A DNA stretch of 64,000 bases, from the NCBI GenBank assembly GCA_008690995.1, contig VRMN01000008.1, forward strand, positions 186,001-250,000. Reading direction: 5' to 3'. This stretch comes from Porphyridium purpureum. Lineage: Eukaryota. A program made the translations under genes and the position numbers. Position 1 is the first letter of the stretch, and the number at the start of each line of letters is the position of its first letter. The notes beneath the pieces are model-generated. The model searched no databases and was not told the origin of the DNA. It was given only the letters and a program-made list of their open reading frames with translations. This document shows positions 32,029-42,230 of the stretch, piece by piece.

Positions 32029-35000
32029 TCACCGTCGTGTCTTGACGAGTGCTCGACTTCGAGTGAAGGCCTGTCCTTGGCCCACCTTGGACGGTCGCAT
32101 TTCTGGACGCCCGGTCCGAGCCGCTTTACGCTTCCCTCCCTGTGATTTGGCCTGTTTGCGACTCTTGTCCTTTCGCAACTTGCGAATTTGCGCCACATCA
32201 CGCAGTTCCGAGTCCTTCTTAGTTTTGCCAGGGCCAGTACCGCTACCGCCGCCTCCCGGTGTCTGTTTCGCCATACGTAGCGCTCGATGACGCCCATGAC
32301 TGCCTTTTCTGAAATCACGACTACCCAGCCCGCTAAAGTCGTCGCCTTTGCTCTGAGCTCGCAGCTCCGAGCCGACATCTCCAGTCGTGAGTTTACGTTT
32401 CTGCCGCCAAGCTTGGAATAAAGCTCCCGCGGGCTTATTCTTCTGGTCGGCATTGTTCCTATTACCCCCCGTAGGTCTTTTCAAATCGGCCTGTCGAACA
32501 AATCGCTTTCTCTTCGAGTCCCATACCATCGGATTCGTGCGTTTCTTGAGGAGATGCTTGGACTCTTCCGGGTCTTCACCGACCATGTCAACGATTTGGT
32601 CGCGTAACGTGTTCGTACGCTCCCCTCGCTGCGAGCTTTGAATGCGCAAACCGTCTTCACGCACTTGGTCAGCTGCTTCATCCGGCACAAGAGGCAAATA
32701 AAACGAAGAATTTCGCTGACTTTGCTTTGCAAGATCTCGCAATGACGTCTTTTTCCGCTTTGTCTTGGGGTATATTTCTTCATCTTCATCCGCACGAGAC
32801 TGTAAAAGAGCGACGGCAGACGGCGCCGCACCGGCATTCATCACTTCGTGGCCGGCTTCCTCATCAAGCCTACTTCCGTGCAGCAAAACAGCACGCCGGT
32901 CTTTCTGGCGGCGCATGATCTGGGATGCAATCGGCAAGGGGCCACCCGCTCCATCTGGTCTCCATGTACTTAACAAGGCAAAGTCACCAATCTCCATCCC
33001 GGGTTTGATGAGATCGACCGCCGACCGCTCGTTCCCACGCGGATCCGGTTCGACATCGTTTGTGCTACTCTTCACGGCCCCACCTGCGCATGCGTCCAAA
33101 TACCACGGGTGCAGAGGCACCGTTTCCAAAGACCCTAATGATGCGATAAAGTCCTTGGCACGTCTCGCACTTTCGCCGCTCGCCTGTGGGCGCGTCTTCA
33201 CGTACAGACGATGAGCATTTTCTGCGGACTTTAGTTGGCTCGCCAACTCAGACCGCGTTTGAACTTTATACTGTACAGATTCCATTTCGTCTTCGAGCGC
33301 GGCCTGCGGAAGCCGTCCCAGGTAGAATGACGTCTGCATTTGCCACGCGAAGGCCGAGGCTGCATTAATGTCGCCGTCCCAGTCCGGAACACTTGCTGCG
33401 GTACTCCTGTCAAACGTAAAAACTTTGCGCCCAAGGAACAAAAACGTGTCTAAAACGTACGGCAAGTCCTCTGAGGAAACAATACAATGCGTAGTGCCCG
33501 TGCGGCCGGCCCGAGCAGCGCGCCCGCATCGATGCACGTACAGTTTCGGAGTCGCAGGAAAGTCGTAATTGATCACTGCGTCCAGAACTGGAATGTCGAT
33601 GCCTCGCGCTGCCACATCAGTCACAACCATGAAGCGTGCGCGCCCGTCTCGGAATGCGGAAATCGCCGCCGTGCGTCCAGACTGATCCATATGCCCATGG
33701 ACGCCGACAACCAAGTTGGACGAATGCTCGTCAACATCCAACGCGTCCGCCGCGGTCCCGAATCGCTTGCGCTTTTCTGAACGAGGTTTCTTTTTCTTCA
33801 TGACCTGGCTGTTCTCTAGCACCGCAGAATCACTCAGAAAAGGAAACGATTGCAGAAGCTGCACCAGAAAGTCGACGCGATGCTTTGTCGCCACGAAAAT
33901 AAGGACACTGCGGACGTTCTCGGCAGAGACCATGCTGCGAAGCAAATGCAGCAGCGCCGCTGTGCGTTCGTCTGAGCGGGTCAAGTAGAAAGCGCTGGCG
34001 AGTGTTGGTGACAAGTTTTTTTCGACATCAAGACGCACAAATTTCTGGTCCTCCCCACCTCGCAGCCCAAAGCGCGAGAAATCGGCGAGCGACTTGGGCA
34101 TGGTCGCCGAGACAAGCAGTGTTTGCCTCTTGAGCTGGGCCGTGTTTCCGCCTCCCCCCATCAACGCTAGAATTTCTTTGGCCTCTTGAGCAAGCGTACC
34201 TTCAAAGAGACGGTCTGCTTCGTCAAAGACAGCCACGCGTGTCTGCCGAAGCGAGTACTTGGACTTCATCTCAGATACGACCTGCAACAACCTGCCGGGC
34301 GTTGCAATCACAATGTGAGGGTTGGATGACAATGCTGCAAATTGCGCATCAAGCGGCTCCCCACCGACAATCACCGTTGTGCGTATGGTGCTCATAAACT
34401 TGCTGTACTCTCGTACGAATCGAAACGTCTGCATGGCGAGCTCTCTCGTAGGACTCAGAACCAAAACCCGCGGCCCCGGCCCGTGAATGGCCACCGCATC
34501 CGCGTTCAATCCACTGGCACCACCACTCAGCGCGCCCATTCTGAACTGCTCGAGCACCGGAAGCAGAAACGCAGCGGTCTTGCCCGAACCCGTCCTTGCC
34601 ATCACCACAACATCATCGCCTGCGAGGGCCAGTGGAATAACCTTTCTCTGCACAGGAGTCGGGAATCGATACCCTTTCTTCTTGAGTGCCATACACAGCT
34701 CGGGGCCCAGGCCAAGCTGCTCGAAACTGCCCTGCCGAACCGCTTTCTCGGTCCTCGCAGGCCTGCTGGCCCCCGGCAGCTCTGCCCGCTTGGCCAGGCC
34801 CGGTTCAGCGTCCGACTCTGACGCGGTATCCAAATCCAAGAGCGACTCCAAATGCGTCCCCACACCTGACGCAAGATCCAACTCTGCCTCTGCTGACCGC
34901 TCGTGCTGCTGCGCGTCGGCGGCCGGCGGGTGCACGGCGCGTGCGCCCTTTCCGCTGCGCTGCGCCTGCGTGCCGGCGCGTCCCCGCGCCTTGATCACGG

Positions 35001-35058
35001 CGTACTTTTGCGTGACTGGGTCATCACCAGCCACGCCATCGACAGTCGGAAACCCCAT
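32029..35058 (-). CDS. DBP10: DEAD-box RNA helicase DBP10/DDX54
   Basis: PTPVQRKVIP, MARTGSGKTAAF, FDEADRLFE, SAT, DVAARGIDIP, HRCGRAARAG, WDSKRKRFV and ELRDVAQIRKLR. Confidence 0.93.
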   Translation of the reverse strand: MGFPTVDGVAGDDPVTQKYAVIKARGRAGTQAQRSGKGARAVHPPAADAQQHERSAEAELDLASGVGTHLESLLDLDTASESDAEPGLAKRAELPGASRPARTEKAVRQGSFEQLGLGPELCMALKKKGYRFPTPVQRKVIPLALAGDDVVVMARTGSGKTAAFLLPVLEQFRMGALSGGASGLNADAVAIHGPGPRVLVLSPTRELAMQTFRFVREYSKFMSTIRTTVIVGGEPLDAQFAALSSNPHIVIATPGRLLQVVSEMKSKYSLRQTRVAVFDEADRLFEGTLAQEAKEILALMGGGGNTAQLKRQTLLVSATMPKSLADFSRFGLRGGEDQKFVRLDVEKNLSPTLASAFYLTRSDERTAALLHLLRSMVSAENVRSVLIFVATKHRVDFLVQLLQSFPFLSDSAVLENSQVMKKKKPRSEKRKRFGTAADALDVDEHSSNLVVGVHGHMDQSGRTAAISAFRDGRARFMVVTDVAARGIDIPVLDAVINYDFPATPKLYVHRCGRAARAGRTGTTHCIVSSEDLPYVLDTFLFLGRKVFTFDRSTAASVPDWDGDINAASAFAWQMQTSFYLGRLPQAALEDEMESVQYKVQTRSELASQLKSAENAHRLYVKTRPQASGESARRAKDFIASLGSLETVPLHPWYLDACAGGAVKSSTNDVEPDPRGNERSAVDLIKPGMEIGDFALLSTWRPDGAGGPLPIASQIMRRQKDRRAVLLHGSRLDEEAGHEVMNAGAAPSAVALLQSRADEDEEIYPKTKRKKTSLRDLAKQSQRNSSFYLPLVPDEAADQVREDGLRIQSSQRGERTNTLRDQIVDMVGEDPEESKHLLKKRTNPMVWDSKRKRFVRQADLKRPTGGNRNNADQKNKPAGALFQAWRQKRKLTTGDVGSELRAQSKGDDFSGLGSRDFRKGSHGRHRALRMAKQTPGGGGSGTGPGKTKKDSELRDVAQIRKLRKDKSRKQAKSQGGKRKAARTGRPEMRPSKVGQGQAFTRSRALVKTRR

Positions 35059-35173
35059 CCTGTCTATGCACGTTCAGCGGCGCTATGTCGCTTCACACTA
35101 TCCTTCCCCGCCGCCGCCACATTCTCCTCCCGCGCACACAAAACCGCCAAGACGGTACACTTCATCCTCCATA

Positions 35174-35564
35174 AACTGTACACCCTGCCCGAATTGACAC
35201 GCACGCGGCGCGGGTTATCGGTTACCGGTTACCTGTACTTAACCGATAAGAATGGCAAGGTGAGGAAACCGCGACGCTGGTTGGTTGGTGGCCATGGCAA
35301 AAAGCTGTGCGGACGCGCGCGCGACGCTGTTTGCCAAGCGAGAATCCAGCGCTCGGCATCACAGATATCACTGCCGCCGTCGATGCGCATGGAGCGCGAG
35401 TTGCAAGCTGTCACATCGGTCCACCGTGTGTATCTGATGGGCGTTGACCGCGCTGTCGAGACTGAGGTGCTTGGCGAAATTCGCAACAAGACCGCCGCGG
35501 CGGTTGTCGGCGCCTGTCATGAACCGAATCACCGCTGTACCTTATTCAATTTAGTCAACTGTAC
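35174..35564. promoter_or_regulatory. Divergent promoter with 4 CTGTAC motifs and GGTTA(T/C)C repeats
   Basis: CTGTAC at 35176, 35233, 35535, 35559; GGTTATC-GGTTACC-GGTTACC at 35213-35233. Confidence 0.45.
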
Positions 35565-35824
35565 CATACCCTTGTTCATCACTTGCGCGCGCGCGTTTTT
35601 TATTTTTGAGGAGAGCGGAGCAAGTTTATATGAAAGCAGAGCCGGTTGATAGAGAGAAGGGGGAGGGGGGTTAGCAACGGAAGAAGGGAAGAAGAGACAG
35701 AAAGAGGGATGTGGTTGGTTGCTTGGGGAGAAGAAGAATCTGGGTGTGGCGGGGGGAGAGAGGAAGAGGAGGGGTAGTGTGTGTGTGTGGCGCACGTGCA
35801 GGGGGGTTACGGGCTACGGTCAAG

Positions 35825-36631
35825 ATGAATATTGATCGGCCGTTGGATGAGATCCTGAAGGAGGAGAAGAAGGCCGCGCTGGCAAAGCGGAAGGAGCTGC
35901 AGAAGGAAAAGGCCGCCGCAAAGGCCAAGCTGGACGCGGAAACCCCCAAGCCTGCGGGGAAGAAGGGCGCGCACAAGGCACAGGGACAGGCGCAGGCGAA
36001 AGGGGAGGGAGAGACGAAGAAGGGCGCAAAGGGCGCGCCGGCGCCGGCAAACGGGGCGGCGAATGGCGGCGGCGCGGAAGCGGGCGGGAAGGGAAAGAAC
36101 GCAAAGAAGCGCGAGCGCGACGGCGCGCCAGATCCGGTGAAAAGTGGCGCGGCGCCAGTGAAGAAGCAGACGGGTGATCTGAGGAGCAAGATCAGCACGC
36201 CGTCGAAGTTTGCGCTCGTGAGAGTCTGGAACATTGAGGATTCTGTCTCGAAGAAGGATGTCACGGAGCTCGCGGCGGGCGAAGGCGCCGTCAAGATGGT
36301 CAAGATGTGGTCCACACCTCGCAGCCAGCAGACGGCCGAAATTGCATTTGAATTGCTTACCGCGGCGCAGGCGTTCATCACCAAGTACAACGGCGTACCG
36401 TTAGACGGCAGACCGCTTCGAATGTCCCTGACGTCTCCCGAAAAGCCTGGCTCCGAGCCGCCAAAAAAGAAGGTGGACACGCCCGCCAAGCAGGTACAAG
36501 ACGAAGGAAAGTCCAATGCCGCAGAAGACGGGAATCCGAGAAAACGGGCAAAGCGCGGGGCCCGGAACAACAAGAACAGCAAAGAGGCTGTGAAGGCAGA
36601 CGCTCAGGACAGTGAGAAGAAGTCTGACTGA
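35825..36631 (+). CDS. RRM protein, ALY/REF (Yra1/THOC4)-like
   Basis: N-terminal NIDRPLDEIL resembles the ALY N-box; RRM VRVWNI...TAEIAF...AFITKYNGVPLDGRPLRM; K/A/G-rich linkers. Confidence 0.75.
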   Translation: MNIDRPLDEILKEEKKAALAKRKELQKEKAAAKAKLDAETPKPAGKKGAHKAQGQAQAKGEGETKKGAKGAPAPANGAANGGGAEAGGKGKNAKKRERDGAPDPVKSGAAPVKKQTGDLRSKISTPSKFALVRVWNIEDSVSKKDVTELAAGEGAVKMVKMWSTPRSQQTAEIAFELLTAAQAFITKYNGVPLDGRPLRMSLTSPEKPGSEPPKKKVDTPAKQVQDEGKSNAAEDGNPRKRAKRGARNNKNSKEAVKADAQDSEKKSD

Positions 36632-36967
36632 TAGGTACATACGCGCTCAGTGTTCAAAAGGAGCTTGCGGAGTCGGTAAGTAATAAAGAAATAACTATCT
36701 CGAAACCTTGATGCGCACGTTTGGTTGGCGGTCTTCGACACGCCTCGATTGGCTGACCTTCCTGGGCATGGAAGCCGTCACTCGCGTGTCCCGACAGACT
36801 GATATATTTGGTCACGGAGGATTCGACCGTGTCGGCACATCAGACGGCGGGGCGCGCCCGCCCTTTTACGCGTCCCGATTCCAATCGCAAAGCTGCTTTG
36901 CGCTGCATAGTTCGAGTTACGGTTGCTGCAGGAGGGACATGTGCAAGGGCGGACATCGGTGTCCCCG

Positions 36968-38860
36968 ATGAACTACTGGCAAGGTATGGGTCGAGCGCGC
37001 GTTGTTGGGCGCACCAAGGCGATCAAAGGAACGACGCACGAGGAATATGGCCCGGAAGAGACGCCGCGCAAGGTTTTTGTGAGTGCGCAGACGCGCAAAG
37101 TGATTTGGGCTCTAAAGGTGGTCGCGGTTGCCGCCGTTTGGATCGCGCTGTTAGGAGGGCTGATTTATCTTATGCACATCGCGTTCCGCGGCCGCCCAAA
37201 TGCTGTGGACAGAGGACGCGTGTCCGACAGTGTGACCACGAATGACCAAGGAATGGCTACTGGCAGTGCTGGTGAACCTCAGGATGCTTCCAGCCAGGCG
37301 TCAAGCGACGCGAATGTAGAAACACAATCGCGCAACGAAAACCAGACCGCTCTTAAGCAGCTCCACGACCGTGTGCAGGCTAACTTTGAAGAGAAAGACA
37401 AGCAGCGGGAAGCACACGACGGAATCGGTAATTCAGATTCCCAGAGTGGGTTTGGAAGCGACAGCGCAACTCCAGGTCGAGAAGACCAAGTTGCAGAAAC
37501 CCCCGCTGTGCACAGGGGAAAGATCGACTCGCCATCGTACGAAGGGACTTGCTACCTTTCACTGCGTCAGGAGCGCGTGTGCGTCTTGTCGCCGTTTTGC
37601 GTGGAAGTGAACGGGCAAGGCGTCGCGACACCCGTAGTCGTTCTCGATCCGGACAAGGATCTTTCCTGCTTTCGTTTAAGGAAACATCGTGAGGTGACCA
37701 GCACGGGACAGGATCGATGTGATGAGTGGCTGCGACAGTTTGTGAAGGAAGCCGACTTTTCGCGGCCGCTGTCTTTCCAAAACAGGTCTTGGTTTGAGGC
37801 ACTTACGTGGAACAATAAGAGCGTTTATGTAGACGCACAGCCGGCTGCCTTTTTGAATCTGATGGCAGCATCGAACGCGAATATTGCGCACTTTAGTGGG
37901 CGAATCGGTCATTTATTTCACGTCATGCAGAATCTGGATCTTTATGGTTTCGCGGGGAAGAAGTTGCGACACATTGCGTTGCTCGGAGAAATCACGCATC
38001 AGAAGATGATGCACGTACCAGGCGATGCGCAATACGACAATTGGCACATGCGGCTGGCTCAGGTGCTTGGGGACAACGAGATTCCGGTCGAGCTAGGATT
38101 TCCAATGTCGCGGTTTACGCAGCCCGGCGTCCATTTTCTTGGTGGGCACCGCACTCGCAATTTCCGCATTTGCTGGAAAAATGCTGTGCTGCCGGCATTT
38201 CTGAAGGGCAGAATGTTTGTGAGCGCGGACGAGCTTCAGGCCAAGGCAGATCTACCGGAAAACGCCATTGGCGTGCCTCTGGACGCCATCGCTCTGCGCA
38301 AGGGTATTGGCAAGGTTGTCTTTGATGAGGAGAAACTTCCGGACATGAAGAGACGGCTCGTGCTCCTGGCTCGGGGCCGTACTCGAGTGTTTGAAGCGGA
38401 GGACCAAAAGGCCCTGGAAAAGCAGCTCGAGGATCTGGCCAAATCCAGAGGGTGGGAATACGAGACAGTTTCGTTTGAGAACAAGCCCTTCACTCAGCAA
38501 CTAGACTCGGTCAAGAACGCCGCGGTGGCTGTAGGGATCCACGGCGCGAATCTTGTGAATACGATCTTCATGCCACCGCACGCGGGTTTGGTCGAGATCT
38601 TCCCATACGGCTTTGCGCACGGCATGTACGAGCGCGGGCTCAACTCGGGCCTGCGATACGCGTCCGTGGACCTGACAACTGAGCCAGAGCGCCCTCCATA
38701 CCTGGAGAATCACGAAAACAGTGTCACCAAGTGCGTGCGCGAAAACCCAGCATGCAAGCTCTACTATAGATCGGACAGGCGCAAGGTACCCATTTCGGCC
38801 GCTGACGTGCGTCAAATTGTACAGGAAGTCGAGCTTATGATGAAGAGCACACCGTTGTAG
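36968..38860 (+). CDS. Type II membrane glycosyltransferase, GT61 family
   Basis: Single N-terminal TM and stem; NIAHF, PFTQQL, VGIHGANLVNTIFMP, LVEIFPYG. Confidence 0.85.
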   Translation: MNYWQGMGRARVVGRTKAIKGTTHEEYGPEETPRKVFVSAQTRKVIWALKVVAVAAVWIALLGGLIYLMHIAFRGRPNAVDRGRVSDSVTTNDQGMATGSAGEPQDASSQASSDANVETQSRNENQTALKQLHDRVQANFEEKDKQREAHDGIGNSDSQSGFGSDSATPGREDQVAETPAVHRGKIDSPSYEGTCYLSLRQERVCVLSPFCVEVNGQGVATPVVVLDPDKDLSCFRLRKHREVTSTGQDRCDEWLRQFVKEADFSRPLSFQNRSWFEALTWNNKSVYVDAQPAAFLNLMAASNANIAHFSGRIGHLFHVMQNLDLYGFAGKKLRHIALLGEITHQKMMHVPGDAQYDNWHMRLAQVLGDNEIPVELGFPMSRFTQPGVHFLGGHRTRNFRICWKNAVLPAFLKGRMFVSADELQAKADLPENAIGVPLDAIALRKGIGKVVFDEEKLPDMKRRLVLLARGRTRVFEAEDQKALEKQLEDLAKSRGWEYETVSFENKPFTQQLDSVKNAAVAVGIHGANLVNTIFMPPHAGLVEIFPYGFAHGMYERGLNSGLRYASVDLTTEPERPPYLENHENSVTKCVRENPACKLYYRSDRRKVPISAADVRQIVQEVELMMKSTPL

Positions 38861-38898
38861 CCATGCAGAGGTAAGCCAAGGCGCCCGCGTGCCCACGC

Positions 38899-39427
38899 CT
38901 AGGAATTGACGGTGAAACGGTGCTTGCACTTCAAGCACGTGTAAAAAATCGTTTGTCCTTCGTCCACTGATCGCAGTTGTGCAGTGCGGTAAGATAATTT
39001 GTTGTGGCCACACTTAGGGCACTGCTCTTCGATCACTGCGTCCCCTCCCGCTTCGTCCTCCGCGTTTTCTGTCTCCGGTGCATGGAAGCGACTCAGCTCT
39101 CGCGCTGGTTCGGTCAGCGGCTGCACCTGGAAGATGGGCTTGTGCTCCTGGCGCGTTCGTCCTGCAGAATTCGATAACAAGTAATAATCATGACAAAAGA
39201 GTTAGACATGCAGCTCGCTTGTTTAATTTCGGAAAGCGGAGACACGGCAGCGTCGTGCCCGCAGCCGCTTCCAAAGAATCGTCGAACACATTCGCAAACA
39301 TACCTTGTTTCAAGCCGCACCCTACGCACCGCGCTCTGTGTTTGTCGCCGCAGTATTGCAGACTGCCGCACTGCGCGCAGAAGTACTGTCGAAGCAAGTC
39401 CTCAAACGCTCGCGATGGGTCTTCCAT
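38899..39427 (-). CDS. RPA12: RNA polymerase I subunit RPA12, two exons (39427-39304, 39161-38899)
   Basis: Exon 1 FCAQCGSL...CVGCG; exon 2 CPKCGH...QLRSVDEGQTIFYTCLKC. The 142-nt intron GTATG...CTAAC...TGCAG (39303-39162) splices in frame to 128 aa. Confidence 0.9.
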
Positions 39428-39756
39428 TGCTTTGGACGAAACCTTGTGCAGCGCTCCGCGAAAAAGTTGGGTCCCCGACGAGCAACGACAGACGAATTTG
39501 ACGGCCGCAACCGTGTGCAAGACTTTCACAAAAAATGCAGGCTTTGGAGGACAGAGGCTCGATTGCCTGAGACAAGATGGAGCACTGCACGATACAAACT
39601 TTACTCCACGCGCACACTACCTACTACACTGGCTGCGAATCTCTTGGGGGACTACAGAGTCGGCACATGATTCGCATGATACCCGGTCCGTAACGTGGGA
39701 CGCCAAGAACGCGGTTCCGCTGTTTCTGCCCCTCAGACACAAAGCCATGGACTCTT

Positions 39757-40302
39757 TTACAGGTCGTCATCTCCGTACACGAACTCGTCATCATCGTCGT
39801 CATCCTTGATTTCCGGGAAAAGTCCCTTGGTCTGCAAGAAGGTTATTGAGCTCGAGATGGCGTCGTCGCGCAGCTTGATGGGGTAAATGCCCTTCTCCTG
39901 GTCAGCCTTGATCACTGCAATGCACGTGTTGGCGTCCTCCTTGACGATTTCGGCGCTGTACTTCTCGGTGTTCTTGATGAGCTCGATCGAGGACATCCAG
40001 TCCCTGGGATTGAGCTGATCGAGCTTTTCGGTGGGCACGTAGCACATGAGCCCCAGCTGCTGCTCGCCGGACGACACGATCAGCTTTCCGATCTTGCCCG
40101 AGCCGCCGCGGCGCTCCTCCTCGGCCTCATCGACCTCGAGGTTCATGCCCTCCATGACCTTCTCCAGCAGCGCCGGGTCGCCCTCGGGCGTCTCGACGGA
40201 CACGTTGTAGAACAGAATCCCAGACAGGTCCGAGGCGCCTTCCAGCTCCACCCCGCGCTTCCCGCCTTCCTTGAACGCAGCCTTCATCAGCTTCTCCGCC
40301 AT
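39757..40302 (-). CDS. Uncharacterised acidic protein, 181 aa
   Basis: Clean ORF with strong GC3 bias (KEGGKRGVELEGASDLSG...GGSGKIGKLIVS...PIKLRD) and acidic tail; function not recognised. Confidence 0.8.
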   Translation of the reverse strand: MAEKLMKAAFKEGGKRGVELEGASDLSGILFYNVSVETPEGDPALLEKVMEGMNLEVDEAEEERRGGSGKIGKLIVSSGEQQLGLMCYVPTEKLDQLNPRDWMSSIELIKNTEKYSAEIVKEDANTCIAVIKADQEKGIYPIKLRDDAISSSITFLQTKGLFPEIKDDDDDDEFVYGDDDL

Positions 40303-40331
40303 CGCGCCTCTGCCTCCCGTCCTCACACTCC

Positions 40332-40356
40332 CTCTCTCTCTCTCTCTCTCTCTCTC
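40332..40356. repeat. (CT)n/(GA)n microsatellite just upstream of the 40302 start
   Basis: Perfect CT dinucleotide run. Confidence 0.85.
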
Positions 40357-40595
40357 CCTTTCCCCACACTCCGTTTCTCTCCCAACCCTTCTCACCCACG
40401 CCGCCACACACACCTTGTTTGATCTTTTCTTCTTGCTTTGTCTTTCCCTTCGCTTAAACCGATCCGGCAAACCGTCCGCTTGTCATGTTTCGTTTTCCTA
40501 TTCAAACACACCTCTTTTCATAGGACGCGACCGTGTTCACGCCGCAGCGCCGCATTTCGCGCGCCGGCCGTGGGAAACGGACAGCCAAGTTGCGG

Positions 40596-40626
40596 CTAAC
40601 GGCTTAACGGCTTAACGGGTTAATGG
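40596..40626. promoter_or_regulatory. Four tandem 8-bp-period (C/T)TAACGG-like repeats
   Basis: CTAACGG 40596, TTAACGG 40604, TTAACGG 40612, TTAATGG 40620. Confidence 0.5.
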
Positions 40627-40914
40627 CTAGACCGGAAACCGTTCACGCGCTGGGCTGAAAAAGTGTGACGTGCAGTGCCGGGCGGTCGTAGAACGCCAGC
40701 AGCGCTCAGTGCCGTCGCGCGCGTATGCATATGAGCTGCGCATCAGGATTGGCGCAGAGCGTGCAGTGGTAGTAGCCGCGCCATGATGGTTGCGGCCGAG
40801 TAGTGGATGCCACGTGCATACAATGCTCCGTTGAACGCGTCTCTCACCAACATGCTGTTGCGGTTGGCAACTCACATGGCTTTCGCCGAGATTTCCCGAA
40901 TGACAACGACGGCG

Positions 40915-41052
40915 GTACAGTTGATTCATGTAGTGTACAGTTGAAATGATCAGCAGCTGTACTTTAGTGACGGGCGCGGGTTCAGTTGGGCGCGAGTGAA
41001 AGTTGGCGTGGGGGTGGTGCCTTGGGGGCAGTTAGGGAAGTGGGCGCTGTAC
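40915..41052. promoter_or_regulatory. GTACAG/CTGTAC cluster (4 copies)
   Basis: GTACAG 40915, 40935; CTGTAC 40957, 41047. Confidence 0.55.
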
Positions 41053-41062
41053 GGGTGACCGC

Positions 41063-42073
41063 ATGGACTCGAAGAGCGTGCTTGTGCCGAACGGCTCGCT
41101 GCCTCCGCGCGCGATCCCAGCATCGCGACCATACGCGTACTACACGTTTCGTGAGAAATTGGGATGGGCCGTCGCGGTGGCGCTTCTGCTCGCCGTCGCG
41201 TTGGCCCCCGACTGGATTGCCGGCGATGGTGCCGTCAGCGCGGCGCTGAATGCGTGCGTCGTGGATCGAGCCTTCCAGCTGAATGCCGCCGATATTGACA
41301 CCGCTTCCGCAGCAATCGGGAAAATGAGCAGTCCTCTGCTACGGGCACTCGAAAGCGTGCCAGATAATGTTTTGAATCACGTCGCCGTCGCGTGCATGTG
41401 GCTGACCGCGCTCGGTATTGCGTGCATGGCAAGTGTACGATCGAGACCGGCGCATCGAAGATGGGCGCCCTGGTTTGAGCTGGCGTTCGCTGTGCTGTGG
41501 TTTCACGCCTCCTATTGGTTTTTGTACGTTGCAAAAGCTTGGCTGGGCGATGTGAATTGTAACAGCGCCAGAGCACCATTCTATCCGAATGGTGTCTCTG
41601 GGCACTACGCTTACTTTGGATTTTGCTCCCTGGGCCTCCCAGTCTTCTTTGCAGCTCATCTTCAAACGTCACAGCGGCACGAACGTCGGCAGAACGAAAA
41701 AACCAACGCGTTCTTTTCGGCACTTTATTTGGTCGCGATGGTGTACGCACTAACATCTTCCATCACTCTGTACCGGACGTACGCGCATGGATATCACTCG
41801 GCAAGGCAAGTTTTGCTGGGAGTCGCCACCGCCATACTGTCACACGTCTCTCTACTCGAGATGCTCGGCTCGGACACTGTGGCACCGCTTCACAAATGCG
41901 CTATTCTCGCCCTGTTTACGGCTTGCGGGTTCATGGGAACGCGTTCGACGTGGCCAGTGGAGGCGGCGCGAGGCCCGGCCATTGGTAATGTGCAGCTCTT
42001 GGTGCAGGTGAGCATGTGGAGCATTGTCATTCTTTGTGCATCAATGAGCGGGCGCAAAGAAGCGCTGGACTGA
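41063..42073 (+). CDS. Multi-pass membrane protein, PAP2/FIT-like phosphatase fold
   Basis: Several hydrophobic helices; NGVSGH resembles C2 (PSGH) and RTYAHGYHSARQVLLG resembles C3 (SRxxxxxHxxxD). Confidence 0.65.
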   Translation: MDSKSVLVPNGSLPPRAIPASRPYAYYTFREKLGWAVAVALLLAVALAPDWIAGDGAVSAALNACVVDRAFQLNAADIDTASAAIGKMSSPLLRALESVPDNVLNHVAVACMWLTALGIACMASVRSRPAHRRWAPWFELAFAVLWFHASYWFLYVAKAWLGDVNCNSARAPFYPNGVSGHYAYFGFCSLGLPVFFAAHLQTSQRHERRQNEKTNAFFSALYLVAMVYALTSSITLYRTYAHGYHSARQVLLGVATAILSHVSLLEMLGSDTVAPLHKCAILALFTACGFMGTRSTWPVEAARGPAIGNVQLLVQVSMWSIVILCASMSGRKEALD

Positions 42074-42230
42074 CTGATCGGCAAGGATCGATGACGGTTC
42101 AGAATGCATGTACATTTAAATATAAGGGCTCACAGCTTGCTGTATCCAACTCATGTCCGTCATCTCATCATTGCATCTTCACTCGAGTACCGGGTATTGA
42201 CCACTGCGGCAAGACTTCCTGTGTATTTCT

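Noticed and set aside
40630..40910. GC-rich hairpins in the intergenic region as a possible ncRNA
   Set aside because: No snRNA, snoRNA, SRP or tRNA signature recognised.
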